A DNA stretch of 52,637 bases, the filler included, from Stramenopiles sp. TOSAG23-2 (Eukaryota): assembly GCA_900128395.1 (NCBI GenBank). It is 3 parts of 3 records of this genome, joined end to end, with 100 filler letters (N's around TTAATTAATTAA, not from the genome) between each part and the next. Parts side by side here need not be neighbours in the genome. Positions count along the whole stretch, not along the records: positions 1 to 17,510 come from LT649640.1; positions 17,611 to 35,077 come from LT649641.1; 1 more part is not named here. One strand, 5' to 3'. This document shows, piece by piece, positions 10,999-21,611 of the stretch (position 1 is the stretch's first letter; the number at the start of each line of letters is the position of its first letter). Below the pieces are notes generated by a model that worked only from the letters and a program-made list of their open reading frames with translations, did no database searches and was not told where the DNA came from. The translations under genes were made by a program, and so were the position numbers.

Positions 10999-11850
10999 AT
11001 GTTGTTGATCGAAAAATATCTTAATACAACGATAAGACATCATATTTTTAAAAGAACAACAAGATTATTTACCACAAATATTAATAATAATAATAAAATT
11101 GATAAAATAAACGCAAGTGAAATAAATTTACTAAAAGAACATTATTTTGAAAAACAAGAACCGGTTATAATTGAAAATGGAATTCAACATTGGCCTGCCA
11201 TACAAAAATGGAGTGATATAGAATGGATGAAAGAAACCTATGGAAATCATATTGTACCAGTTGAAGTTGGTAAAAACTATGTTGATTCAGAACAACATGA
11301 AATACCGCTGGGGGCATATTTAGATTATGTCATGAAAAAAGATACAAAGTTAGATCATGGAGAGTTACCAACGTTATATTTAGCCCAATACGATTTGTTA
11401 AATCAAATACAAGAATTAAACGATGATGTAATTTCTCCTTTTTCACACCAAGATACCAATAAATTTAATATAGGAAAAATTGGTAAAGGTGATTTATATT
11501 CTACTAATATGTGGATTTCTGGAGCAAATACTACATCAAATACACATCGAGATCCATTGAATAATATTTTTTGCCAAGTAGTTGGTCGAAAGTACTTTAG
11601 AATATTTTCCCCAGAAAATGAAGAAGATATGTATCCAAATCATAGTGTGTTTAATTCAAATACATCCCGTGTAGAAAAAGTAGATTGTAGCCAAAAAGAA
11701 TTTGATAGTGCAGGATTTCCGAATTTTTATAATGTGAAATATAAAGAATATATTCTACAAAGTGGTGATATGCTATTTCTACCAAAGTATCAATGGCATT
11801 ATGCAACATCGGAAACGATATCAGTATCCGTGAATTATTGGTTTTTGTAA
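10999..11850 (+). CDS. JmjC/cupin-8 2-oxoglutarate Fe(II) dioxygenase (JMJD5/KDM8-like)
   Basis: WPA..KW, VPVEVG..Y and YLAQYDL motifs; HxD (THRD), QVVGRK and GDMLFLP..QWH. ATG at 10999 is preferred over the TTG ORF start. Confidence 0.88.
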   Translation: MLLIEKYLNTTIRHHIFKRTTRLFTTNINNNNKIDKINASEINLLKEHYFEKQEPVIIENGIQHWPAIQKWSDIEWMKETYGNHIVPVEVGKNYVDSEQHEIPLGAYLDYVMKKDTKLDHGELPTLYLAQYDLLNQIQELNDDVISPFSHQDTNKFNIGKIGKGDLYSTNMWISGANTTSNTHRDPLNNIFCQVVGRKYFRIFSPENEEDMYPNHSVFNSNTSRVEKVDCSQKEFDSAGFPNFYNVKYKEYILQSGDMLFLPKYQWHYATSETISVSVNYWFL

Positions 11851-12018
11851 AATAAATTCGTAAAACATAAAAAAAATTATATACGAAAAGTAAAAGAAAA
11901 ATTTTACGTGACATGCATATATAAGATTGATATATGAGTACATTACCACACACCCTTTTCATTTTAAAAAATATTAAAAACACCACACCCCGGCATATAC
12001 TCTTGTAATTAAAAAAAA

Positions 12019-13842
12019 TTAAAATGGGCCATGGTGTCCATTATGTTGTTCTATAAAAAATTGATCCGTAACTTTATCAGTAGGATTTTCATGATGGGAA
12101 TATTGTAAATGTGTCTCATTAAACACGACGATTCTACCATATGCACCACCTGTTCCAAAATTTCTACTCCATGAAGTGATGTTCATTGTTTTTAACGTAT
12201 TTGTACCAACAACACCCGGAACTCCACCATTTCCTTCCGTAATATGTACTGTTCCAATTGGATTTAAATATGATTGAATTGGCTTACCAGTACTATCTCT
12301 GCAAATCTCCCCATGACATATAGGCCACGTACTTGCATAATCATGTTTGTGACCTGCATCATATAAATCGACACCATGTTTCCGCAATAATGGCAATAAC
12401 TTCGATTGTTGCCCATTTAACCATTCACCGAGAGGTTTATCATGGCATACTTTGTCCCCAGATGCATCATGACATTGGAGAGGCATGTAATCATGATCAC
12501 TATTTGAATATTGTTCATGACCCTCACCTAAAAAGAAATTACGACTTGCATTTAAATGTGTCGCATATGTTGGATGATACATTGGAAAATGTGAAGATAC
12601 TAATATCCACGGCGTTTCCTTACGATCAACACTTGCTAGATCTTCATCTAACCATTTCAATTGACCATCATCTAAATTATTTAGATCCAAACCAACAATA
12701 TGAATAGTACCAATAGTCAAACTAAAATATCGCGATGTGTTTGATGGAATTTTACTATGAAAACCCAAACCAAACAAAGTTGATTTCGTAAGCAATTCTC
12801 CTAATGCAGTTGTGGCTGTACTCTTGATGCTATCATCCCCACCTAGCGTTTGTCCAAATGTCATATTAATATATCTTTCATAATGATCGCCATCATTTAC
12901 CTCATGATTACCAATAATTGGTATCCATGGACAGCTGCTTAATACAGGCATAAAAACATTCATATATGCATCACCTCTTCGATCCCCAGCACCGGCTAAA
13001 TCATAGGCGTGATCTCCCATATGTACGATAAAATCGATTTCGCCATTTTCACAAGCATTTTTCATATTTTCCATATTATTATGATGCGTATGTCCCATAT
13101 CACCATAAATAGCAAATTTTGGTTCTTCTTGGTTTATCCAACGAAACGTAAATAACTCAGAAACGATTGAATTTGCACTTTGTACTTTATAATAATACAC
13201 TTTACCTGGTTCCAGACCAGCAAGTTTGATAAAATGTAACGAATACGAAATTCCTTCTGCTTCTGATAAGTGTTTATAATGATGTGTTATACCAGTAACT
13301 TTCTTTAAATCATGCTTTGATTCACCCCAATATGCAATTGGAAGGTCTGTGCCTTTTGGAACTTTCTCTTCACGTGTTACAAAACTTGCTACTACACTAG
13401 TTGCATCTGCAATTTGTAAGTTAATTTGTTCTGGTGTATTTTTTGGAGCAACACAATATTGTGTATGATTATGACCGCCAACAGGTGTTTTACAATAGCA
13501 CCAAGGTCCCGCATATGAATTTGTAACAGTATCAGCTGTACAACCATCACAATCAAGATGGCCAGCACTAGCACCTGGCATTGCACAAGAGGAGCCAGCA
13601 GATGCAGGTGGCACATTGTACCTCCACACTTTATTTATACGTTTCTGTTCAGTTGCATTAGGCATAGCATTCCACGGCAAACATGTATCAGTACAAGTAG
13701 CTGAATTTATTTTCCACGCTGGCATTAAATGATCATATACATCTGCGTGTATTGTTGTTATTATCGTTGCAACAACGATGACGTTGAATACGTTTTTCAA
13801 ATTATACATATTGTCCAAGAAAAGATCCCGTAATGATGACAT
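12019..13842 (-). CDS. Secreted purple acid phosphatase (ACP7-like) with N-terminal Cys-rich domain
   Basis: Five metal-ligand blocks (GDMG, GDHAYD, GNHE, SSH, GHKH), PAP FN3-like N-domain (PEQINL...GLEPGKVYYYKV) and a hydrophobic signal segment. Confidence 0.92.
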   Translation of the reverse strand: MSSLRDLFLDNMYNLKNVFNVIVVATIITTIHADVYDHLMPAWKINSATCTDTCLPWNAMPNATEQKRINKVWRYNVPPASAGSSCAMPGASAGHLDCDGCTADTVTNSYAGPWCYCKTPVGGHNHTQYCVAPKNTPEQINLQIADATSVVASFVTREEKVPKGTDLPIAYWGESKHDLKKVTGITHHYKHLSEAEGISYSLHFIKLAGLEPGKVYYYKVQSANSIVSELFTFRWINQEEPKFAIYGDMGHTHHNNMENMKNACENGEIDFIVHMGDHAYDLAGAGDRRGDAYMNVFMPVLSSCPWIPIIGNHEVNDGDHYERYINMTFGQTLGGDDSIKSTATTALGELLTKSTLFGLGFHSKIPSNTSRYFSLTIGTIHIVGLDLNNLDDGQLKWLDEDLASVDRKETPWILVSSHFPMYHPTYATHLNASRNFFLGEGHEQYSNSDHDYMPLQCHDASGDKVCHDKPLGEWLNGQQSKLLPLLRKHGVDLYDAGHKHDYASTWPICHGEICRDSTGKPIQSYLNPIGTVHITEGNGGVPGVVGTNTLKTMNITSWSRNFGTGGAYGRIVVFNETHLQYSHHENPTDKVTDQFFIEQHNGHHGPF

Positions 13843-14329
13843 CGATTCGCGGGTAGAAAAAAGATGAAAAAATTGCCATTGCCATGAAGTGTGTGTTTTG
13901 TCAAAGAGAGGTTTTGTTGTTTTATATACAGTAGTATATATAAACTACTTTCTCATCACACTTTTTTTGTGCACTTGCACAGCAACCACACTTCTTCTTC
14001 CGTCCTCCTTCAACAAAAAATCATTTTTTTATTTTGGCAAATAGGATGGGTATCTTAGTATAATTATATGTAGTCTAATTAGCATATACACAGTAGAGAC
14101 TAATAAAAACTAAACGTTATAATAATAATAATACATGTATGTGCTAATAAGCACCTAAAAAAGAAAAAACATCTATACGAGAAAATAATAATACACATAA
14201 TTATGAATAGCACAATACATATTAATACACCAAGAATTGGTACTGATACTAATCTTCCATATAGAACTTATACTTCTTTATCAACGGGTTAAAAAAAAAC
14301 TATTTATATAATGCTCTAGGATCTAAGAA

Positions 14330-16133
14330 ATGAATGGAATTATAAAAATAAAAAATGGACTCATGTCATCTATAAAACAAATTGTACATAAAAATAAAAA
14401 TATAATACGTACCTATGCAGGTAAACCATCAGGTGTCACAACTATTAGTGATATTGAAAAAGAAAAGAAAAATAAAAGAAGGAAAGGAAGTTTACGAGGT
14501 AGATTTTTAAAGAAAATATTTCCAGAAAAAAATGACCAAGAAGCATTAAAAACTATTTATGCTAGTTTGCAAATTCAATACGGACACTGTGAGGAAAGAT
14601 TGCATTCACTGTATGGTGATAGTGAACCAGTTATTGGTGATCCAAAAACCATTTCAAAATATATCTTGGAAGGTCTAGAGAAAGAAAGCAAAATAGAAGA
14701 TGATGAAGAAAAGGAAGAATATCAAAAGTTACGAAGGGAACGCCAAACACATTTTACAAGAGGGATGTTATGGTTTTCAAAGCGTTCTGGATTTCATGCA
14801 TCTTCCATAGAAGATGAAATATATTGTAAAACAAATCATTATCGTCTAACTGTGCCGATAAAAATAGATTGGAACTATTTTGACGCTGCTGTATTTAATA
14901 ATTTAAAACCGTATGAAACAAGCTTTTCAGAAGTTGAAAAGCCATCATTTGCTAATCGTGCAGTAATTTTAGTACGTGGAAAAGGTTTTGACTCAACAAC
15001 TGGATTATTTTTGACTGAAAAATTTGATGAGATAACAACACGCATGGCACGATCATTTATAGATAGATCAATAAATTCAGCTAGGAGAGTACTCGGATTA
15101 AAAAAACGCAGGAAAACATTGACATATTTAAATGGTGACAAGACAAAGAAAACAACATATGAGCAATATCAAAAATATAAACAATCGATATTAGGAGCAG
15201 AGGATGATTCAAGGACTGCGTTATCACAAGTCAAATTTAATGGCATTACAACTCTTTTAGGGCGCATTAAATTGCAGGAAGAGACATTTGAGGACGTGCT
15301 TGTTTTATATGTAACACGAAGGCAATTAGATGTAGAAAATAAAACATACAAAAACATTCGTAGTGTAAATTTACGACATTTTCAAAGTGTACCAAAATGT
15401 GATTTAGAGTTTGTCTTACCAGAGCAAGCACAAAAAGTATATATGAGACCAATGGATAAATTATTACTATGTTTTTCATTTATAGGTGGTACTGGTGTTG
15501 CAAGTCATTTTTATTTTACAGGTCTACAGTTTACGCAAGCTGGCGTAATCGCATTAATCGGTTTTTTGTGCATATTTTATACGAATATTCAATCGATATC
15601 GTATGAGTAAATTTTATTATCGAAGTGCCATGGCGCAATATTTATCTTCAAATGTTACCGGACGCGACCGCAGCGTTATACATATTGTAATGAATGAATC
15701 ACAAAGCCACGACTTTGTAGCAATAGCTAGCGTATTAAATGCAGCATGGGAGATGCAACGTCAATATGGGGAGAAACATTTAGATTTTATGTCTAAATTT
15801 ATTGGTAGTGATGGAGAAGATGAAGGAGAAGCAAATATGGGAAAAGGTGCAGTGGAAATAAAGAAATTACGAGCAAAAGCTAATGAATATTTTTTAATGG
15901 CGGAAGCTATTCGTCATCAAGATGGCTTGTGTGATCATGCATTTAAAAATGCATTGAGATGGTTGAAACGAATGGACATTATCACCGTTAATTCAGTTAC
16001 TGGAACAATGTCTGTAAGAACAAGCAGTGATATTTTATCTAGTAAAGAAAAATTATTAGGAGATTCATTATGTGAAGAATATGCATTAGAAAGTTTAAAT
16101 GCAGAATTTTTAGTTGATAAAAAGTTTGCTTAA
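14330..16133 (+). CDS. DUF3754-family membrane protein, interrupted by a 1-nt frameshift in the T6 run at 15562-15567
   Basis: DUF3754-like motifs LQEETFEDVLVLY and FQSVPKCDLEFVLPE..MRPMD. Deleting one T joins ORFs 14330-15610 and 15603-16133 (..IGFCAYFIRIFNRYRMSKFYY..) into a 600-aa protein. Confidence 0.75.
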
Positions 16134-16367
16134 AAATATAGCAAAAGAAGAAGAGAGGGGTAAAAGAAAAAAGTAGAAAACACGGAGAAAGACGAAATAT
16201 TTTTTTTTTGTAAATAATTTAGCATGTATTATTGTATATTATTTTAAAAATGAGGCACGTTTTATTGTTTTTTTTTAAATCATCCGTACAATTTACAACA
16301 GAGTACCGAAGTACGAGTAATATATAAAATTTATTATTATTTAATACGGTATGCATATGATATGATA

Positions 16368-16603
16368 TATTATTTAAATTGGGGATATCAACGGTTTTTC
16401 TTCTTGTGTTTCAACGTAACTAACCAAGGCATCCTTTTCTCCAACTTTGTTCTGTTTACTTTGTAATTTATCATCGTTCTTTCCGTATTATTTAAATTGG
16501 GGATATCAACGGTTTTTCTTCTTGTGTTTCAACGTAACTAACCAAGGCATCCTTTTCTCCAACTTTGTTCTGTTTACTTTGTAATTTATCATCGTTCTTT
16601 CCG
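16368..16603. repeat. Perfect tandem duplication, 118-bp unit x2
   Basis: TATTATTTAAATTGGGGATATC... starts at 16368 and 16486. Confidence 0.95.
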
Positions 16604-16764
16604 TCAATATTGCTACGTTTCATTTGATCACTTAATTGACTATCATTGAAAGTGGTTTATATCAATGCCTTGTATCCATGAAGGAGTAGATGTGTCCCAA
16701 TGTAGACCACCGCCATATAATCTATTTTTTTCTAAAACTTTACTGATGTAAATTGTTGGACTGC

Positions 16765-17112
16765 GTGTGTACGTTGGCTTGTACTTAAACTGAGCGTGGC
16801 CTATGGCCGTTTAAGTCCATTATCAAGGGCCAACGTATACACAACACCGAGATCTAACCAAAATTCACATACTTATATACAATACAATTTTATATAGCCA
16901 AAATAACTTCCTAATAACACTTAATTTTATACTTAAAATATATTATTAATACCTGGTATATAGCAACGTGCTACTATACCTTAAATCCCAAAAATAATAA
17001 TGCAGGGTAAGGGTAGTCTTTCCTACACGGTGCCCTCGTCTATTTCGTGCATCACTCTGAGGAGCGAAGCGACGAATAGACTCGGTGTGAAAATGGCAAC
17101 TAGGAAAGATTA
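16765..17112. other. Cluster of three long stem-loops; probable end of a non-autonomous mobile element or a structured ncRNA
   Basis: H1 16765-16842, H2 16955-16980 and H3 17014-17112, plus complementarity between ACACCGAG (16844-16851) and CTCGGTGT (17081-17088). Confidence 0.55.
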
Positions 17113-17165
17113 GTATATTCTAAGAAGTACGATTTTTGTACCTAAAATTGCTGACGTGATATCTA

Positions 17166-17471
17166 TAGAAATATTTGAGCACTAACAAGTATAAGCTTCC
17201 TATCAAAAAGGCAAAAATGATATCTATAGATTTTGGATTTTGGAATAGTTGAGAGTGCCGGGTGGTATTTTGGCCATTTTGGCTGTACTTGAATGTGCCA
17301 CAGTGCCACAGTTGATGGTAGAAATATTTGAGCACTAACAAGTATAAGCTTCCTATCAAAAAGGCAAAAATGATATCTATAGATTTTGGATTTTGGAATA
17401 GTTGAGAGTGCCGGGTGGTATTTTGGCCATTTTGGCTGTACTTGAATGTGCCACAGTGCCACAGTTGATGG
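17166..17471. repeat. Perfect tandem duplication, 153-bp unit x2
   Basis: TAGAAATATTTGAGCAC... starts at 17166 and 17319. Confidence 0.95.
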
Positions 17472-17510
17472 ATGTGGCCTTGAATAAAATATAAATATTT
17501 TCGGAAATTT

Positions 17511-17610
17511 NNNNNNNNNNNNNNNNNNNNNNNNNNNNNNNNNNNNNNNNNNNNTTAATTAATTAANNNNNNNNNNNNNNNNNNNNNNNNNNNNNNNNNN
17601 NNNNNNNNNN
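17511..17610. other. Artificial contig-joining linker
   Basis: 44 N + TTAATTAATTAA (stops in all six frames) + 44 N. Confidence 0.98.
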
Positions 17611-18115
17611 TGTAGTATAAAGTTGGTAGTCTAATTTACATATTTATGTTAGAATACTTAAAACTATAGTATGGAGATTTTTTGTTATTTTCTATAGTAA
17701 TGAAATTGTTCCCTATGAAGTTTTTTTTCATATATCGAAATAGCACTGTATAAATTAGCATGGACAGAGCACTTTCAACATTTTACTTGTAAAAATTGTG
17801 TTTTTCTGCCATGTTTTCTGTTTTTCATTTCCTATCATATTTATACTTAATATAGTCCTTTTCATATACTCAGTAGATTTGTAGTGTTTTATATATTTGA
17901 TAGGCCAAATTAGGTATTTTTTGTACTTGGGAACTCAGCTCGAATATTTTGTTTATTTTTTTTGTTGTTGTGTCATCTTCTGTTGTGGTGGTGGCCCGTC
18001 TAATTAATTTCATAATCAGGTGAAAAATAAATATATACATGTGGAATCCCGATACAAAAAGTACATACAGTATCTTAATTAAAAAGTAATAAATAAATCT
18101 TCCAGAAAAGAAAAC

Positions 18116-18345
18116 AAAAAAAATGTCTACTTTCGTCGATGTAGGAAAAATAATTGGTGTGGTCGGGGCTACTGGCGCCGTAGGCGCCGAGATGGTTGAT
18201 GTTTTATCACGTCGTGATTTTCCTGTCAAGAAAAAAAATGTCTACTTTCGTCGATGTAGGAAAAATAATTGGTGTGGTCGGGGCTACTGGCGCCGTAGGC
18301 GCCGAGATGGTTGATGTTTTATCACGTCGTGATTTTCCTGTCAAG
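18116..18345. repeat. Perfect tandem duplication, 115-bp unit x2, spanning the asd start
   Basis: ATGTCTACTTTCGTC occurs at 18123 and 18238. Confidence 0.95.
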
Positions 18346-19260
18346 GAATTAAAATTATTTGCTTCAAAAAGGTCAGCTGGCAAAAAAATAAGCACGCCGT
18401 ATGGTGAAATAGTAATCGAAGAATTTACTGTGGAAAAAGCGAGAGAGATGGATATCGTATTTTTAGCTGTGTCCGGATCCTTTGCTTTAGAATATGCGCG
18501 AAAAATAGGTGAACATGATGGACCAGTGGTCATAGATAATTCATCTGCATTTCGCTATGATCCAACCGTATCACTGGTAATTCCTGAAATAAATCCAGAA
18601 ATGGTAAAAGGACAAAAATTAATATCAAATCCAAATTGTACCACTGCTATAGCTGCAGTTGCACTTTGGCCTATTCATAAAAAATACGGGTTGAAAAAAG
18701 TCATCGTATCATCATATCAAGCATCCAGCGGCGCTGGAGCCGAAGGAATGGAAGAGTTGCGTAAAGGAACAAAAGCAATATTAGCAAATGAAAAATGTCC
18801 TCAAAAAGTTTTTGCATATCCATTAGCATTTAATGTAATCCCCCATATTGATAAATTCCTTGAAAATGATTATACAAAAGAGGAAATGAAGGTTGCTTGG
18901 GAAACTCGAAAAATTTTTGGTATTAAAAATGATGATGATTGTAAAATAAGCGTAACAGCTGTACGTGTGCCAACATTACGTGCACATGCAGAAGCAATTA
19001 CGATCGAAACTGTGGAGGATATCTTACCATCTGATGTTCGTGAATTGTTGAAAAATTCACCTGGAGTTGATATTGTAGATGATCCAGCAAAGCTAGAGTA
19101 TCCAATGCCTCTAAATGCATCCACCAAATTCAATGTTGAATGTGGCCGTATAAGGCAATCATTAGTGTTTGGAAAGAAAGGACTGGATTTATTTGTATGC
19201 GGCGACCAGCTTTTGAAGGGTGCTGCTTTAAATGCAGTCCAAATTGCCGAAGTACTGTGA
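18238..19260 (+). CDS. asd: Aspartate-semialdehyde dehydrogenase (340 aa)
   Basis: GATGAVG Rossmann motif, VIDNSSAFR, catalytic NPNCTT, YQASSGAG, YTKEEMK and DQLLKGAALNAVQIAE. Confidence 0.97.
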   Translation: MSTFVDVGKIIGVVGATGAVGAEMVDVLSRRDFPVKELKLFASKRSAGKKISTPYGEIVIEEFTVEKAREMDIVFLAVSGSFALEYARKIGEHDGPVVIDNSSAFRYDPTVSLVIPEINPEMVKGQKLISNPNCTTAIAAVALWPIHKKYGLKKVIVSSYQASSGAGAEGMEELRKGTKAILANEKCPQKVFAYPLAFNVIPHIDKFLENDYTKEEMKVAWETRKIFGIKNDDDCKISVTAVRVPTLRAHAEAITIETVEDILPSDVRELLKNSPGVDIVDDPAKLEYPMPLNASTKFNVECGRIRQSLVFGKKGLDLFVCGDQLLKGAALNAVQIAEVL

Positions 19261-19428
19261 GTTTTGCAGTTGTATTATATGTTACACTAGGGTGTTTTGA
19301 TATTGACTGGATTTATTTGTATGCGGCGACCAGCTTTTGAAGGGTGCTGCTTTAAATGCAGTCCAAATTGCCGAAGTACTGTGAGTTTTGCAGTTGTATT
19401 ATATGTTACACTAGGGTGTTTTGATATT
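19181..19428. repeat. Perfect tandem duplication, 124-bp unit x2, spanning the asd stop
   Basis: GACTGGATTTATTTG... starts at 19181 and 19305. Confidence 0.95.
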
Positions 19429-19764
19429 CTCATATTATATATTAATATATTTAATTTAAATATTAATATAATAAAAGAGAATATGATACGATACTAATGT
19501 AGATGCATAGATGGTTATGATATTAAAAATACGAAAATATCATATGTGCATAATATGATACGTCGTATTTCACATTTTTTACGTATTATTTTGGTGTAAA
19601 CTATAGTCTTGAGAAATGTTTATGTGTGATAATATATAAAAAATTACATAAAAAAGTGTTATCATATCCATATTAGCTTAATTACACAGTGATATACGAC
19701 ACACACACACACAAGTTTAAAGTGTTAATATCATCATTCGTATTTATCTATATCAATTAAAAAA

Positions 19765-21074
19765 TCAATCTAATAAAAAAGAAAATAAATCATCATCATC
19801 ATCCCCTTCTCCACTAATAATTGCAAAATCATTAGCATTCATATCTGGCGACCCACCAATACTGAGACTATTCGAAGACAATCTATTATGCGCACCAGTA
19901 TCTGAAAGTTTTATATTACTATAATTGCTACTATTATTATCGCTAATATTTGATGCATCATTCGGAGTAGAATGATTCATACTACTACTATTAGAATCCG
20001 CCATTAAATCTGCTATGTCAAAATCTTCCCAACTAGAGGAGCTATTCCTAATTTTAGCACCGTTTGGTAATTTTTCATAACCACCATATCTAATAATATT
20101 TTCAGCATGACGACGCATCATTTCACGATGTAGTTTGTATTGCATTCCAAATTCTTCAGCAGCACCAGATGTAATGGAATCATCAACATTAAATGAATTT
20201 CCTCTACTACGCTTATTATCATTTGTATGGTCTCCATTGTTATTCATCATGGACCATGGAGAGTTTGTATCATCAAAAATCATTGGCAAATCATTATTAT
20301 CATCATCGTCAGCATCAAAAGCGTATTTATTCTCCGTATTGCCTGCTTGTACCGTTGCTCCATACGAAGCCCCATGCCATTTCCTATTGTTTTTATTATT
20401 GATGTTTTTTTTATTAACGCGACGTTTTCTTTTTCTTTGTACATTTTTTTCATTTTTTCTTTTTGAAATCAATTGATCATTATTATTTGTTCCTACCCGT
20501 TTCTCTGGTTCCGGTGGCGGTTCTATTATTGGAATATCTTTTTCAATTTTTGTACATTTTTTTCATTTTTTCTTTTTGAAATCAATTGATCATTATTATT
20601 TGTTCCTACCCGTTTCTCTGGTTCCGGTGGCGGTTCTATTATTGGAATATCTTTTTCAATTAGAACATCATAATTTATTTTTAAAGGGTATTCAGTAAAG
20701 TTTGTTGTCATACCTGCTTTTGGTACAAATGGGATAACTTCGTAATCTTTTTTAATTTGTTCTTCGCATTTCTGAACAGCTTTTTTGCTTGGACCTTTAA
20801 ACTCTTCCTTTAAAACGTCTAAATAAGCATCAATGCCTTCCATTTTCATACTGGGTGGGCAATATTCATAAATGTTTGGTTCTTCTAATAATAACATTTT
20901 TATTTTTCTCCCATCAACATGTTTGATACTCCAATCAAACATTGCCATCAAAAAGCGCATATGGAGTGCATTACTCCACTTAAATCTTTTACTTTTCTTT
21001 TTATTAACAGATACTGTTGTAGCTTTGCTCGTCTTTTGCTTTTCTGTTGTATTTGCAGGATCACTATTACTCAT
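19765..21074 (-). CDS. Myb-like (GARP/SHAQKYF-related) putative transcription factor; split by the 113-bp duplication, 398 aa when collapsed
   Basis: KKSKRFKWSNALHMRFLMAM resembles the GARP PRLxWTxxLHxRFxxAV motif. An NLS-like RKRKRR and an acidic tail are present. Removing one repeat copy gives 1197 nt in frame. Confidence 0.65.
20436..20661. repeat. Perfect tandem duplication, 113-bp unit x2 (intragenic)
   Basis: TTTGTACATTTTTTTCA... starts at 20436 and 20549. Confidence 0.95.
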
Positions 21075-21168
21075 TTTCAAAACTTTATAAATATGCCTAT
21101 TTACAGGCGTACGAATAATCAAAAATACGTTGGTAAAAAGTATTCAATCTGAATTATAGTTAGCTAAC

Positions 21169-21382
21169 AATGTAGTGATTGAATTGATTATATTTAAATT
21201 AAATCTTGACAATATATAGACGACATAAATTGTTAATCCTGATAGATATGTTCAACAAAACACCACCATATTACAAATGTAGTGATTGAATTGATTATAT
21301 TTAAATTAAATCTTGACAATATATAGACGACATAAATTGTTAATCCTGATAGATATGTTCAACAAAACACCACCATATTACA
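21169..21382. repeat. Perfect tandem duplication, 107-bp unit x2
   Basis: AATGTAGTGATTGAATTG... starts at 21169 and 21276. Confidence 0.95.
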
Positions 21383-21611
21383 AATATAAATTAAAATACC
21401 CACACTATTTTGATGGGCCACACACACGTTTTGTACATACCAAGATTCATTTTTATCCTCTCAAATGCCACACGCAGGACACAGGCTTGGCTGGCCAGGC
21501 AAGTATGATTTTAGTATACTACTAATCATATAGAAAGCACAAAACACAACACAACACACAAACAAAAAATTTTAATTTTACCAGTTTTTTAGCACTTTAT
21601 ACAGTGCTACA

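Noticed and set aside
16780-16830. Hammerhead ribozyme or SECIS in hairpin H1
   Set aside because: No CUGANGA/GAAA core and no AUGA/GA quartet in the correct positions on either strand.
17120-17462. 99-aa and 79-aa ORFs with internal repeats
   Set aside because: Created by the in-frame 153-bp duplication of non-coding DNA.
17555-17566. TTAATTAATTAA as a biological site (e.g. piggyBac TTAA)
   Set aside because: Centred in exactly 44+44 N twice, so it is a synthetic six-frame stop linker.
18123-18314. Separate short asd-like ORF or uORF, and the ORF-track start at 18196
   Set aside because: By-products of the 115-bp duplication; the real CDS starts at ATG 18238.
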